Under the pieces are notes generated by a model. The model did no database searches and had not been told where the DNA came from. It saw nothing but the letters and a program-made list of their open reading frames with translations. A DNA stretch of 64,000 nucleotides from Betaproteobacteria bacterium (GTDB taxonomy: Bacteria; Pseudomonadota; Gammaproteobacteria; Burkholderiales; JACQAP01), in NCBI GenBank assembly GCA_016194905.1, contig JACQAP010000026.1, positions 28,418 to 92,417 of the forward strand. The letters run 5' to 3'. The position numbers and the translations under genes are program-made. Positions 29,567 to 37,073 of this stretch are shown here, one piece after another (position 1 is the first letter of the stretch; every line of letters starts with the position of its first letter).

Positions 29567-30415
29567 TCAGCCCGAACGCATGACTTGGTTCTTGTAGTCC
29601 TGATAAAGCGCATACATCCGAGCGAACATCGGGCCTGGCTTCCCCTTGCCGACCGGCGCGTCGTCCAGTCGTGCAATCGCCAGCACTTCCCTGGTGGAGG
29701 AAGTCAGCCAGATTTCCTGCGCACTGCGCAGTTCGGCTTCCGGGATTTCCCGGACTTCGTGGCGAATGCCGTTCGCCCGTGCCAATTCCAGCACCACGTC
29801 GTAAGTGATGCCTGGCAACATCAGATGGTTTTTCGGTGGCGCCAGCATGACGCCGCCCCTGACCACAAAAATATTGCTGGCGGCGCCTTCGGTCATGAAC
29901 CCGTCGCGCAGCAGTACGGCTTCCACGCACCCGGCTTCGACTGCCTCCTGGCGCAGCAGCACGTTCGGCAGCAGCGCGATTGCCTTGATGTCGCAACGCA
30001 GCCAGCGATTGTCCACCGCAGTGATCGCGCCTACGCCGTCGATTACCTGTTGCCGCGGCGGGGTTGTCAGGGGATTGCTCATCAGGAAGACGGTCGGCGT
30101 GATATCTTTCGGAAAGGCATGGTCGCGCTTCGCCGGTCCGCGCGTGATATGCATGTAGAGCGACTGGTCTTCCGGTTTGTTCAATTCCACCAGACGTCTG
30201 ATCAAGCGCATCCAGGTTTGGTCGTCGTGCGGATTGACGAGCTTGATGCTGTTCAGGCTGTCCTGCAGGCGCCGCAAATGCTCGGCCAGCCGGAAAGGAT
30301 GGCGCGAATACACCGGAATCACCTCGTAAACGCCGTCGCCGAAAATGAAGCCGCGATCGAGCACCGGAATACGCGCCTGTTCGATCGGCATGAATTCGCC
30401 GTTCAGATAGATCAC
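29567..30415 (-). CDS. D-amino-acid aminotransferase (fold-type IV PLP enzyme)
   Basis: 282 aa with MIYLNGEFMP.E.A.IPVLDRGF.FGDGVYEVIPVY and a typical class-IV aminotransferase layout. Confidence 0.8.
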   Translation of the reverse strand: MIYLNGEFMPIEQARIPVLDRGFIFGDGVYEVIPVYSRHPFRLAEHLRRLQDSLNSIKLVNPHDDQTWMRLIRRLVELNKPEDQSLYMHITRGPAKRDHAFPKDITPTVFLMSNPLTTPPRQQVIDGVGAITAVDNRWLRCDIKAIALLPNVLLRQEAVEAGCVEAVLLRDGFMTEGAASNIFVVRGGVMLAPPKNHLMLPGITYDVVLELARANGIRHEVREIPEAELRSAQEIWLTSSTREVLAIARLDDAPVGKGKPGPMFARMYALYQDYKNQVMRSG

Positions 30416-31569
30416 GGCTTTCCTCCGGACAACTCCCGGTATAGCAGCCGCAGACTATGCCAGCCGCGGATGAAAAGATTGGCGATGCCCACGTTTTCGA
30501 GCGCAACGACATTCTGTTCGGCAAAGGGCTTGCCGTCGAAAGTCAGCCGCAGCGTGCCGACACGATCTCCCGCGCGGATCGGCGCCATCAGCGGCTGCAT
30601 GCTCTCCAGGGTCGCCTTGAGCCGTTCGGAAAAACCTTTCGGCAGGGTGACGAAGTAATCGTTGGGCAGCCCCGCCTGCAATTCGCTGCTGTTGCCTTTC
30701 CATACCGGCAGCGGGTGGATCGGCTGCCCGCCGGTGTAGAGTTTGACCGTATCGAAAGCCTCGAAGCCGTAGTTCAGTAATTTCTGGGCGTCGACGGCGC
30801 GACCGTTTTCCGAGCCGGCATTGAGCACCACCGCGATCAGGCGCCGGTCCTTGCGTTGCGCGGTGGCAATCATGCAGAAACCGGCGCTCTCGGTATAACC
30901 GGTCTTCAGGCCATCGACAAAGGGGTCGCGCCCGAGCAGCCGGTTGCGGTTGTACTGCGTGATGTTGTTATGGCGATACTCGCGCACCTTGTACATCGGG
31001 AAGTATTGCGGAAATTCTTCGATGATTGCGCGCGACAGCGTGGCCAGATCGGATGCCGTGGAATAGTGCTGCGGATTCGGAAGGCCGGTTGCGTTGACGA
31101 AGTGCGAATTCTTCAACCCGAGCCGGGCCGCCTCCCGGTTCATGGTGTCGACAAAGGCTTCCTCGGTGCCGGCCACACCTTCGGCCAGGGCGATCGCGGC
31201 GTCGTTGCCCGACTGCACGATCATGCCGTTCAGCAATGCTTCGACCGGTACGCTTTCAGCGACCGTCAGAAACATGCGCGCACCCGGTGCGTGCCAGGCT
31301 TTTTCCGAAACACTGAACGGCTGCACCAGCGTGATCCGCTTCTCGCGCAAGGCGTCGAAGACGACATACGCGGTCATCAGCTTGGTCAGCGACGCCGGTT
31401 CGACGCGCTCGTTCGGATTGCGCGCGGCCAGTATTTGCCGGCTCTGAAAATCGACGAGGAGATACGACTTCGACGACAGAGCCGGACCGGACGCGTTGGC
31501 GCTGGCCGGAACCTGGGCAAACGCCAGATGGCTTGTGAAAAGCGCGAGAAAGACGAAAAATTTCATCAT
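30412..31569 (-). CDS. D-alanyl-D-alanine carboxypeptidase (PBP5/6 family, S11 peptidase)
   Basis: 385 aa with a signal peptide and SLTKLMT (SxxK), SGND (SxN) and KTGYT (KTG) motifs. Confidence 0.9.
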   Translation of the reverse strand: MMKFFVFLALFTSHLAFAQVPASANASGPALSSKSYLLVDFQSRQILAARNPNERVEPASLTKLMTAYVVFDALREKRITLVQPFSVSEKAWHAPGARMFLTVAESVPVEALLNGMIVQSGNDAAIALAEGVAGTEEAFVDTMNREAARLGLKNSHFVNATGLPNPQHYSTASDLATLSRAIIEEFPQYFPMYKVREYRHNNITQYNRNRLLGRDPFVDGLKTGYTESAGFCMIATAQRKDRRLIAVVLNAGSENGRAVDAQKLLNYGFEAFDTVKLYTGGQPIHPLPVWKGNSSELQAGLPNDYFVTLPKGFSERLKATLESMQPLMAPIRAGDRVGTLRLTFDGKPFAEQNVVALENVGIANLFIRGWHSLRLLYRELSGGKP

Positions 31570-31668
31570 TGCGAAGCGCCCGAATTATACAGGACGCCTG
31601 TCGCATTCCCGATTGCCGCGCAGCGATGCGTCTGCAACAATGCACCCTATCGACGATTTCACTCCAAT

Positions 31669-32151
31669 ATGAAGAGTTCCCCTGCAAGACGCGGTTATTT
31701 CGGCGCGATAGCGCTGGCCTGGCTCCTGGTCGGCGCGGCCCATGCCGCCGATCTGGTGCAGGTGAGGGAGCCTTGGGCAAAAGCCACGGTGCCGGGACAG
31801 AAGGTCGGCGGGGTCTACATGAAAATCGTTGCCCGCGAAAATCTGCACTTGACCGGCGCGAAGAGCGCGGTGGCGGAGACAGCGGAAGTGCATCAGATGA
31901 AAATGGAAAACGGCATGATGAGAATGCGGGCCGTGCCGTCCCTGGAGCTGCCTGCCGGCAAGACGGTCAAGCTCGAGCCGGGCGGTTATCACATCATGCT
32001 GTTCGACCTCAGGCAATCGCTGGTGGCCGGACAGAAACTGAAGTTGGAACTGACCGTCGAGGACGCGTCCAAACGCCCGCACCGGGTTGCGGTCGAAGTC
32101 GTCGTGCGCGATCGCGATGCGGGCCCCCCAGACGGGCACGATCACCACTGA
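31669..32151 (+). CDS. Periplasmic copper chaperone PCu(A)C (DUF461)
   Basis: 160 aa from ATG 31669, the last part of the long track ORF 30856..32151. It has a signal peptide and a Met/His-rich Cu(I) site: EVHQMKMENGMMRM ... GGYHIML. Confidence 0.85.
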   Translation: MKSSPARRGYFGAIALAWLLVGAAHAADLVQVREPWAKATVPGQKVGGVYMKIVARENLHLTGAKSAVAETAEVHQMKMENGMMRMRAVPSLELPAGKTVKLEPGGYHIMLFDLRQSLVAGQKLKLELTVEDASKRPHRVAVEVVVRDRDAGPPDGHDHH

Positions 32152-32154
32152 CCG

Positions 32155-32949
32155 CTAGCGGGCGATCAGCAACTCCGCGATCCAGCCTGCCTCGACCCAG
32201 CCGCGCAGCATGCCGGCGGCTCGCGCCGCGGCTTCCTCTTCGGCCACCCATTCGCACAACCCGGCGCAGATTTCGCCAAAGCCTGCTTGCGAAATCATGG
32301 CCTTCAGCGCCCAGGCTTCATCGGCTTCCAGCGACCGGAAGAACGGCGAGTGCTGCGTGCGCCAGACGGCCCAGGTTACCGGCTCATCAAAGGTTTCGGG
32401 CTCGAATGAACTGTCGTCGTTGTCGATTGCCTTCCAGATCGTGACCGCGTTGGTGCGCAACTCCAGCAAGCGTAAGGCCAGGTGGGGTTTGAAGCGAAGT
32501 TCCGCCCAGGCTTCCGGTGCCACGGCCGCAACCTCTTCAAAGCGCACTGCGTCTTCGTCCGGCGAATCGAACGCCTGTCCCAGCGACCACTCGAATTGGG
32601 CGAGCTCGGCCAGCACCGGATGTGCGGCGTAGCGCGGCGTGGAGCGCAGGAATTCCGCCAGCTTGCCGCCGAACCAGCGCACATTGCGAAACGTCGAGGG
32701 ATGCGCGGCGATGTAGTCGCCGGCGAGGGCGTCGAAAAGCTCGTCGCCCAGGTAAGCGTGCAGGACTTCGTAGTCGGTGCCGAGAACCTCGATCAGCCGC
32801 AGGCGATAGGCATTGCGGTAGATTCCCAGCCGCGTGTTGCGGAATTCCGCGGTGTCGCCTTCGATCTGGCTGTCGATGGCGCACCCGCCGGTCAGCACGT
32901 TGTCCTGGAAACGGGCTTCGGTGACGGCGAGCTGCTTCGGGCGAATCAT
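32155..32949 (-). CDS. DUF2063 protein (BufC-like partner of the MNIO enzyme), locus A
   Basis: 264 aa from ATG 32949, which overlaps the DUF692 stop (ATGA). ...[16 protein letters not shown]...[11 protein letters not shown]... matches the DUF2063 pattern. Confidence 0.85.
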   Translation of the reverse strand: MIRPKQLAVTEARFQDNVLTGGCAIDSQIEGDTAEFRNTRLGIYRNAYRLRLIEVLGTDYEVLHAYLGDELFDALAGDYIAAHPSTFRNVRWFGGKLAEFLRSTPRYAAHPVLAELAQFEWSLGQAFDSPDEDAVRFEEVAAVAPEAWAELRFKPHLALRLLELRTNAVTIWKAIDNDDSSFEPETFDEPVTWAVWRTQHSPFFRSLEADEAWALKAMISQAGFGEICAGLCEWVAEEEAAARAAGMLRGWVEAGWIAELLIAR

Positions 32950-33788
32950 GCAGCTGCTTTCGCTTGCAGGGTGTGCGCGGCAATCTCGCGCGCTCGGCCG
33001 AGCTCGGTCACCAGATCGGCCAGCGGCGGAATGTGGTCGTCGCGTTCGATCATGGTGGCGACGTTGCCGAAGCGGCGAACGGCGGTTGCGTACAGATCCC
33101 ACACAGGATCGACGATATCGGCATCGTGGGTATCGATGATGTGCGTGCCGCAGTGGCTGTGGCCGGCAAGGTGGATCTGCCGGACGCGCTCGACCGGGAT
33201 GCCGTTCAGGAACTCAAGGGCATCGAAACCGTGGTTGAACGCGCTGACGTAGATGTTGTTCACGTCCAGCAGCACGTGGCAGTCGGCGCGTCGTGCGATC
33301 TCGGATAGAAAATTCCATTCGCTCATCTCGGACCCGCGGAACGTCACGTAACTCGAAACGTTCTCGAGCAGGATCTGCCGGCCGAGGAAATCCTGCGCTT
33401 CGCGCACCCTGGCGGCGACATGCTCGACCGCTTCCTCGGTGTAAGGAATCGGGAACAGGTCGTGCAGATTCTTGCCGGCGACGCCGGTCCAGCAAAGATG
33501 ATCGGACACCCATGCCGGTTCCACGCGTTGCGCCAGCTGCTTCAGCGCCTTCAGGTAATCGCGGTCAAGGGGGTCGGTACTGCCGATCGAAAGCGACACC
33601 CCATGCAGCACCATCGGGTAGTCGGCGCGTATGCGATCGAGGAAATACAGGGGCTTGCCGCCAGGAACGAGGAAGTTCTCGCTGAGCGCTTCGAACCAGT
33701 CGACGCGCGGGCGGCTCTCGAGAATCGACTCGTAATGGTCGGTGCGCAGGCCCAGCCCGAATCCCAGTTCCGAATTCGTTGTCATCAA
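32946..33788 (-). CDS. DUF692 / UPF0276 multinuclear non-heme iron oxidase (MNIO; BufB/MbnB family), locus A
   Basis: 280 aa with [60 protein letters not shown] and IHLAGH, the hallmark DUF692 TIM-barrel motifs. Confidence 0.9.
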   Translation of the reverse strand: MMTTNSELGFGLGLRTDHYESILESRPRVDWFEALSENFLVPGGKPLYFLDRIRADYPMVLHGVSLSIGSTDPLDRDYLKALKQLAQRVEPAWVSDHLCWTGVAGKNLHDLFPIPYTEEAVEHVAARVREAQDFLGRQILLENVSSYVTFRGSEMSEWNFLSEIARRADCHVLLDVNNIYVSAFNHGFDALEFLNGIPVERVRQIHLAGHSHCGTHIIDTHDADIVDPVWDLYATAVRRFGNVATMIERDDHIPPLADLVTELGRAREIAAHTLQAKAAA

Positions 33789-33809
33789 GAAACCATAGCC
33801 TTCACTTCA

Positions 33810-33842
33810 GTGCGGGAGTCCGGCGAACCGGACTTCCCGCAC
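33810..33842 (-). promoter_or_regulatory. Strong intercistronic stem-loop between the precursor gene and the MNIO gene (possible attenuator or mRNA-stabilising hairpin)
   Basis: gtgcgggagtccgg-cgaa-ccggacttcccgcac forms a 14-bp GC-rich stem with one bulge. The loop reads UUCG on the transcript strand. No U-tract follows. Confidence 0.55.
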
Positions 33843-33849
33843 TAAAGCA

Positions 33850-34104
33850 TTACGAGCGACCGGTAGCCTTTTTGCATTCATCCGGCGTGAGTGACACGAA
33901 GCCCTGGCCTTTGCAGGCGTTCTGGCCTTTGCAGGAACTGTTCGCGCTCTTGCACTCGCTCTGCCCCTTGCAGGAGTTGCCGCCATTGCAGGCGACCTTC
34001 GCCTCGGTCCCGCCGCCGCCGCTGCCCATGTTCGCACAACCCGTAATGAAAAGTGCAGCAGCGGAGGCCGCTACCGCCAAGCCTAAGATTTTCCTGCCTT
34101 CCAT
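33850..34104 (-). CDS. 6-Cys CKG-repeat RiPP precursor (bufferin BufA2-like), predicted lipoprotein
   Basis: 84 aa: MEGRKILGLAVAASAAALFITG|CANMGSGGGGTEAKVACNGGNSCKGQSECKSANSSCKGQNACKGQGFVSLTPDECKKATGRS. It has a lipobox (ITGC) and 6 core Cys spaced 5-5-6-5-12. It lies directly upstream of DUF692. Confidence 0.8.
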   Translation of the reverse strand: MEGRKILGLAVAASAAALFITGCANMGSGGGGTEAKVACNGGNSCKGQSECKSANSSCKGQNACKGQGFVSLTPDECKKATGRS

Positions 34105-34218
34105 GGTTCATTCCCCTTCCAATGTGATTGACGATCTGCCTGGTTACGGCCGTCGGTGCCTGCCGCAAGTGGAAGTACGCAACAACCGCACAATTGGATG
34201 TGGGCGAGGCCGAATTCC

Positions 34219-34410
34219 TTATTTATCCTCGCGGTCCTTGATCACCGGATGATTGCGAAAAGCCGTGCGCAGGAAGGAAATCTGTTGCTGGAAGTTCCTG
34301 CAGCCCTCGCAGGCTTTCAGGTGCACCGCCATCCGCCAACGCTCCAGCCAGCCGAGACGGCGATCCATGGAATGGGAAACCAGCTCGGAAACTTGCTTGC
34401 AGGTCAGCAT
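34219..34410 (-). CDS. Small zf-HC2 (ZAS-type) anti-sigma factor without a TM segment
   Basis: 63 aa. MLTCKQVSELVSHSMD... is the anti-sigma N-helix. HLKACEGC matches the H-x3-C-x2-C ZAS motif. It lies 43 nt downstream of the ECF sigma gene. Confidence 0.75.
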   Translation of the reverse strand: MLTCKQVSELVSHSMDRRLGWLERWRMAVHLKACEGCRNFQQQISFLRTAFRNHPVIKDREDK

Positions 34411-34453
34411 CGAGGTTGACGCGGGGCACGCACCGACGGAAAACGAAACGAGT

Positions 34454-35047
34454 TCATTTGACCGGACGGACCCGCTCTTCCGGGCCGAACCAGGCCACCT
34501 CGAGGCATTCCCGCAGACTCATCCGCGCACGGTAAAGAATCACCCAGCAATTGGTCGACGATATCCCCAGTTCCTGACAGATATCGCCCGTGTCCATGCC
34601 CATGAATTCGCGCATTGCAAATACGCGCGCCGTCTGCGCCGGCAACTGGGTGTTGCAGCGTTCGAACACTTCCCAGAAGCGCTTCTGCTCGAAACAGCGC
34701 TCGGGATCTTCCCACGTCGGCGGAAAGGTGTGCCAGTGGTCGGTGCGGGCCTGGTCGAAGAACTGGTCGGCGAACTCGCGTTCGTCTTCGCCGTCGGGCG
34801 CATCCGGTACCTGCGTCTCCCGCGACTGCTTGCGGAACAGATCGGTGATCTTGTGCTTCAGGATGCCGGTCAACCAGGTTTTGACCGAGGAGCGTCCGGC
34901 GTAACGATCGCCGCCTTCGATGGCGGCGAGCAGCGTTTCCTGCACGATATCCTCGGCGCGGTTGGCGTCCCGCACCTGCAGCAGGGCATAGCGGTAGAGA
35001 TAGGCGCGGTGTTCCTGGAGTTCACCGGGCCCGGTGCGTTCGGCCAT
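34454..35047 (-). CDS. ECF-type sigma-70 family RNA polymerase sigma factor
   Basis: 197 aa from ATG 35047; the track start at 35104 is a TTG. Region 2 reads YLYRYALLQVRDANRAEDIVQETLL. Region 4 reads RVFAMREFMGMDTGDICQELGISSTNCWVILYRARMSL. Confidence 0.85.
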   Translation of the reverse strand: MAERTGPGELQEHRAYLYRYALLQVRDANRAEDIVQETLLAAIEGGDRYAGRSSVKTWLTGILKHKITDLFRKQSRETQVPDAPDGEDEREFADQFFDQARTDHWHTFPPTWEDPERCFEQKRFWEVFERCNTQLPAQTARVFAMREFMGMDTGDICQELGISSTNCWVILYRARMSLRECLEVAWFGPEERVRPVK

Positions 35048-35136
35048 CTGAGATCCACTGGACTGGGAGGTCTTGAATCTAGTGATTTTGTCCCAAGAAC
35101 TCAAGTCTGGCGACCGACAGAGGCGTAAATGACGCT

Positions 35137-35164
35137 CTTGAAATGGCCGCGACGGCGCTCATAT
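35137..35164 (+). promoter_or_regulatory. Candidate sigma-32 (RpoH) heat-shock promoter for the Hsp20 gene
   Basis: CTTGAAA (35137-35143), a 14-nt spacer, then CTCATAT (35158-35164). Compare the consensus CTTGAAA-N13-15-CCCCATnT. It lies about 50 nt upstream of ATG 35213. Confidence 0.45.
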
Positions 35165-35212
35165 AGCCGCCAAGGGCGTTGAACGCCCGCACCTAAACCA
35201 GGAGACAAGACC

Positions 35213-35635
35213 ATGGCAAATTTGACCCGATACAACCCCTTTGACGAAAGCGTCGACGATCTTTTCAGAGGCTTCTTCCTGCGCCCGATGGCGTCCGACA
35301 ACCCGCCAGCAGTCCAAGTACGCATGGATGTCGCGGAAGACGACGGTGCCTACACCGTGCATGCCGAGATTCCCGGGGTGAAAAAGGAAGACATCAACGT
35401 CACCATCGACGGCAATCAGGTGGCAATCACGGCTGAAGTAAAGCACAACAAGCAGGACAAGCAGGGCGAAAAGGTTCTGCGTTCCGAGCGTTTCTACGGG
35501 AAGGCCTATCGCGCCTTCAGGCTGGCGCAGGATGTGGATGAAGCTTCTGCGGAAGCCAAATACAACGAGGGCGTATTGGTGCTGAGGTTACCGAAGAAGG
35601 CAGTTGCATCCGCCAAAAAGCTCTCGATACAGTAA
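35213..35635 (+). CDS. Hsp20/alpha-crystallin family small heat-shock protein
   Basis: 140 aa with an alpha-crystallin domain (DV.ED...Y.V.AE.PGV.KEDI.V...GN.V.I.AE) and a C-terminal L.I motif. AGGAGA is the RBS. Confidence 0.9.
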   Translation: MANLTRYNPFDESVDDLFRGFFLRPMASDNPPAVQVRMDVAEDDGAYTVHAEIPGVKKEDINVTIDGNQVAITAEVKHNKQDKQGEKVLRSERFYGKAYRAFRLAQDVDEASAEAKYNEGVLVLRLPKKAVASAKKLSIQ

Positions 35636-35656
35636 TACCGGCAGTTGCTGCATCGT

Positions 35657-35679
35657 GGAGGGGCGATTGCCGCCCCTCC
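35657..35679. terminator. GC-rich hairpin between convergent genes (possible bidirectional terminator)
   Basis: ggaggggcg-attgc-cgcccctcc is a perfect 9-bp stem. There is no clear U-tract on either side. Confidence 0.4.
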
Positions 35680-35737
35680 AGTGCTCTCGATTCGAATCCG
35701 CCGGATTGGACCACGCCCGGATTGGATCACAGCCGCG

Positions 35738-36994
35738 TCAGTGCAAAACCGCCGAGGTGTTTTCCGGATGGAGCGCTTTCGGGAAACTGAGCCGTTCCCG
35801 CTCGAGGATTCTGCGCTCCAATTCAACAGCCGCGCGGATCGCAAAAATCTTCAGGATCGCCAGATGGGGGAGTTCCTGGCGCATTTCCTTTCCGTCCGCG
35901 CAGGCGATGTGCCCGATCACCCTGCCTTGCGTATCAATACAGGGTAATCCAAGATAACTTTCCCGGTCGAAGGTCTTTTCCAGAGGCCAGCGCGCCGCGA
36001 CGTTGCCCGGTACGAACACTTGCTTGCCTTGCTGTATGACGTCTTCGCAAGCGGTCCCGGTCAAATCGAACTCCACGCAATTCGCGAATCCGCCCAGGTT
36101 CCAGCGCGCAAGCATGCGCACCCGCGTGGCGGGATAGTTGCTGCATTCGCAGACGAACGCTTCCCGCACGCCCAGAACTTCCGCGAAGCGTTTTGTCAGT
36201 TCACGGAAGCATTCGTCGCCCGATAGCGTCGACAGGCCATCGGCCACTTCGAGCAATGCCTCCTGTACTTGTTTCCGCGCCGAAATGTCGGTATGCAATC
36301 CGACCATGCGATAGGCCCTGCCCGCGGCATTGCGCAGCGCTGCTCCTCGCGCAAGAATCCAGCGATAACGGCCATCGCGGTGGAGCAGGCGATGTTCGTT
36401 TTCGAACCGTACGGTCTTGCCTTGCAAGTGCGCATCCAGCTCGCCAACAACGCGGTCGACGTCCTGCGGATGCACGCGCGCGCGCCATTCCTCCATGCGA
36501 TCTCCCAGTTCGTGGTCGGCGTAGCCAAGCATGCTCTTCCAGCGCGGCGAGAAATAAACCGAGTCGGTGCGCAGGTTCCATTCCCACATACCGTCATCGG
36601 CGCCGCGCACCGCCAGAGCGTAGCGTTCCTCGCTTTCGCGCAACAGATCCTCGGCTTGCTCGCGCCGCCGGGTTTCATGCGAAAGCTGGTTGCGATTCTC
36701 GCTCAGCTTTTCCGACAGCGCGTGCAACGCCTGTGCGAGCGCCATCAACCCGCCGCCGGGAACCGGCTGGTCCAGTTCGAGCAGGGTTCTTTTCGCGCTT
36801 TCCGAAGCCTGTGACAAACGGATGCGCAGCCTGATGTGAATGGCGATCAATGCCGTCGAAACCAGGGCCAGCCACGGCCACAGATCCTGCGTCAGCGCGG
36901 CCGCGGAAAACGGACCGAACCTGGCGAGCAGCAGCAGTGCGGCGCCGAGCAGCGCGCCGGCGATAATCAGCAGCAGATGCAGGCGTGTGTTCAT
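35738..36994 (-). CDS. Membrane-anchored PAS + GAF-like sensor protein without a recognisable output domain (paralogue 1)
   Basis: 418 aa from ATG 36994. It has two N-terminal hydrophobic segments and a coiled linker. The PAS block reads ERYALAVRGADDGMWEWNL.TD..YFSPRWKSMLGY...H.LLHRDGRYRW. The C-terminal GAF-like block reads GYLGLPC.D..GRVIGHIAC. Confidence 0.75.
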   Translation of the reverse strand: MNTRLHLLLIIAGALLGAALLLLARFGPFSAAALTQDLWPWLALVSTALIAIHIRLRIRLSQASESAKRTLLELDQPVPGGGLMALAQALHALSEKLSENRNQLSHETRRREQAEDLLRESEERYALAVRGADDGMWEWNLRTDSVYFSPRWKSMLGYADHELGDRMEEWRARVHPQDVDRVVGELDAHLQGKTVRFENEHRLLHRDGRYRWILARGAALRNAAGRAYRMVGLHTDISARKQVQEALLEVADGLSTLSGDECFRELTKRFAEVLGVREAFVCECSNYPATRVRMLARWNLGGFANCVEFDLTGTACEDVIQQGKQVFVPGNVAARWPLEKTFDRESYLGLPCIDTQGRVIGHIACADGKEMRQELPHLAILKIFAIRAAVELERRILERERLSFPKALHPENTSAVLH

Positions 36995-37073
36995 GACTGG
37001 CCTTTCCGTGGCGGCGTTTCGCATCGACCGATGGACCGATCCGTCACGTTTGGTCGAACAGCCGGCGCGTTCC

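Noticed and set aside
29301-30524. 407-aa minus-strand ORF spanning the aminotransferase region.
   Set aside because: Only its last 88 codons (29301..29564, YbeD-like) look real. The upstream part overlaps the D-amino-acid aminotransferase gene in another frame and is R/P/G-rich.
30856-32151. 431-aa plus-strand ORF.
   Set aside because: Only the 3' 483 nt (PCu(A)C, from ATG 31669) are credible. The rest is antisense to the PBP5/6 gene.
34184-34218. Possible ECF-type promoter (GGAATTC ... TCCAAT on the minus strand) between the anti-sigma stop and the 6-Cys precursor.
   Set aside because: The spacing (13-15 nt) is short for ECF promoters. I found no convincingly similar element upstream of the sigma gene itself (35048..35136), where autoregulation would be expected. 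Too speculative to list as a feature.
35174-35188. Hairpin in the hsp20 5' UTR considered as an RNA thermometer (ROSE or fourU type).
   Set aside because: The 5-bp stem does not sequester the AGGAGA Shine-Dalgarno at 35200-35205 and lacks the characteristic U-rich anti-SD pairing.
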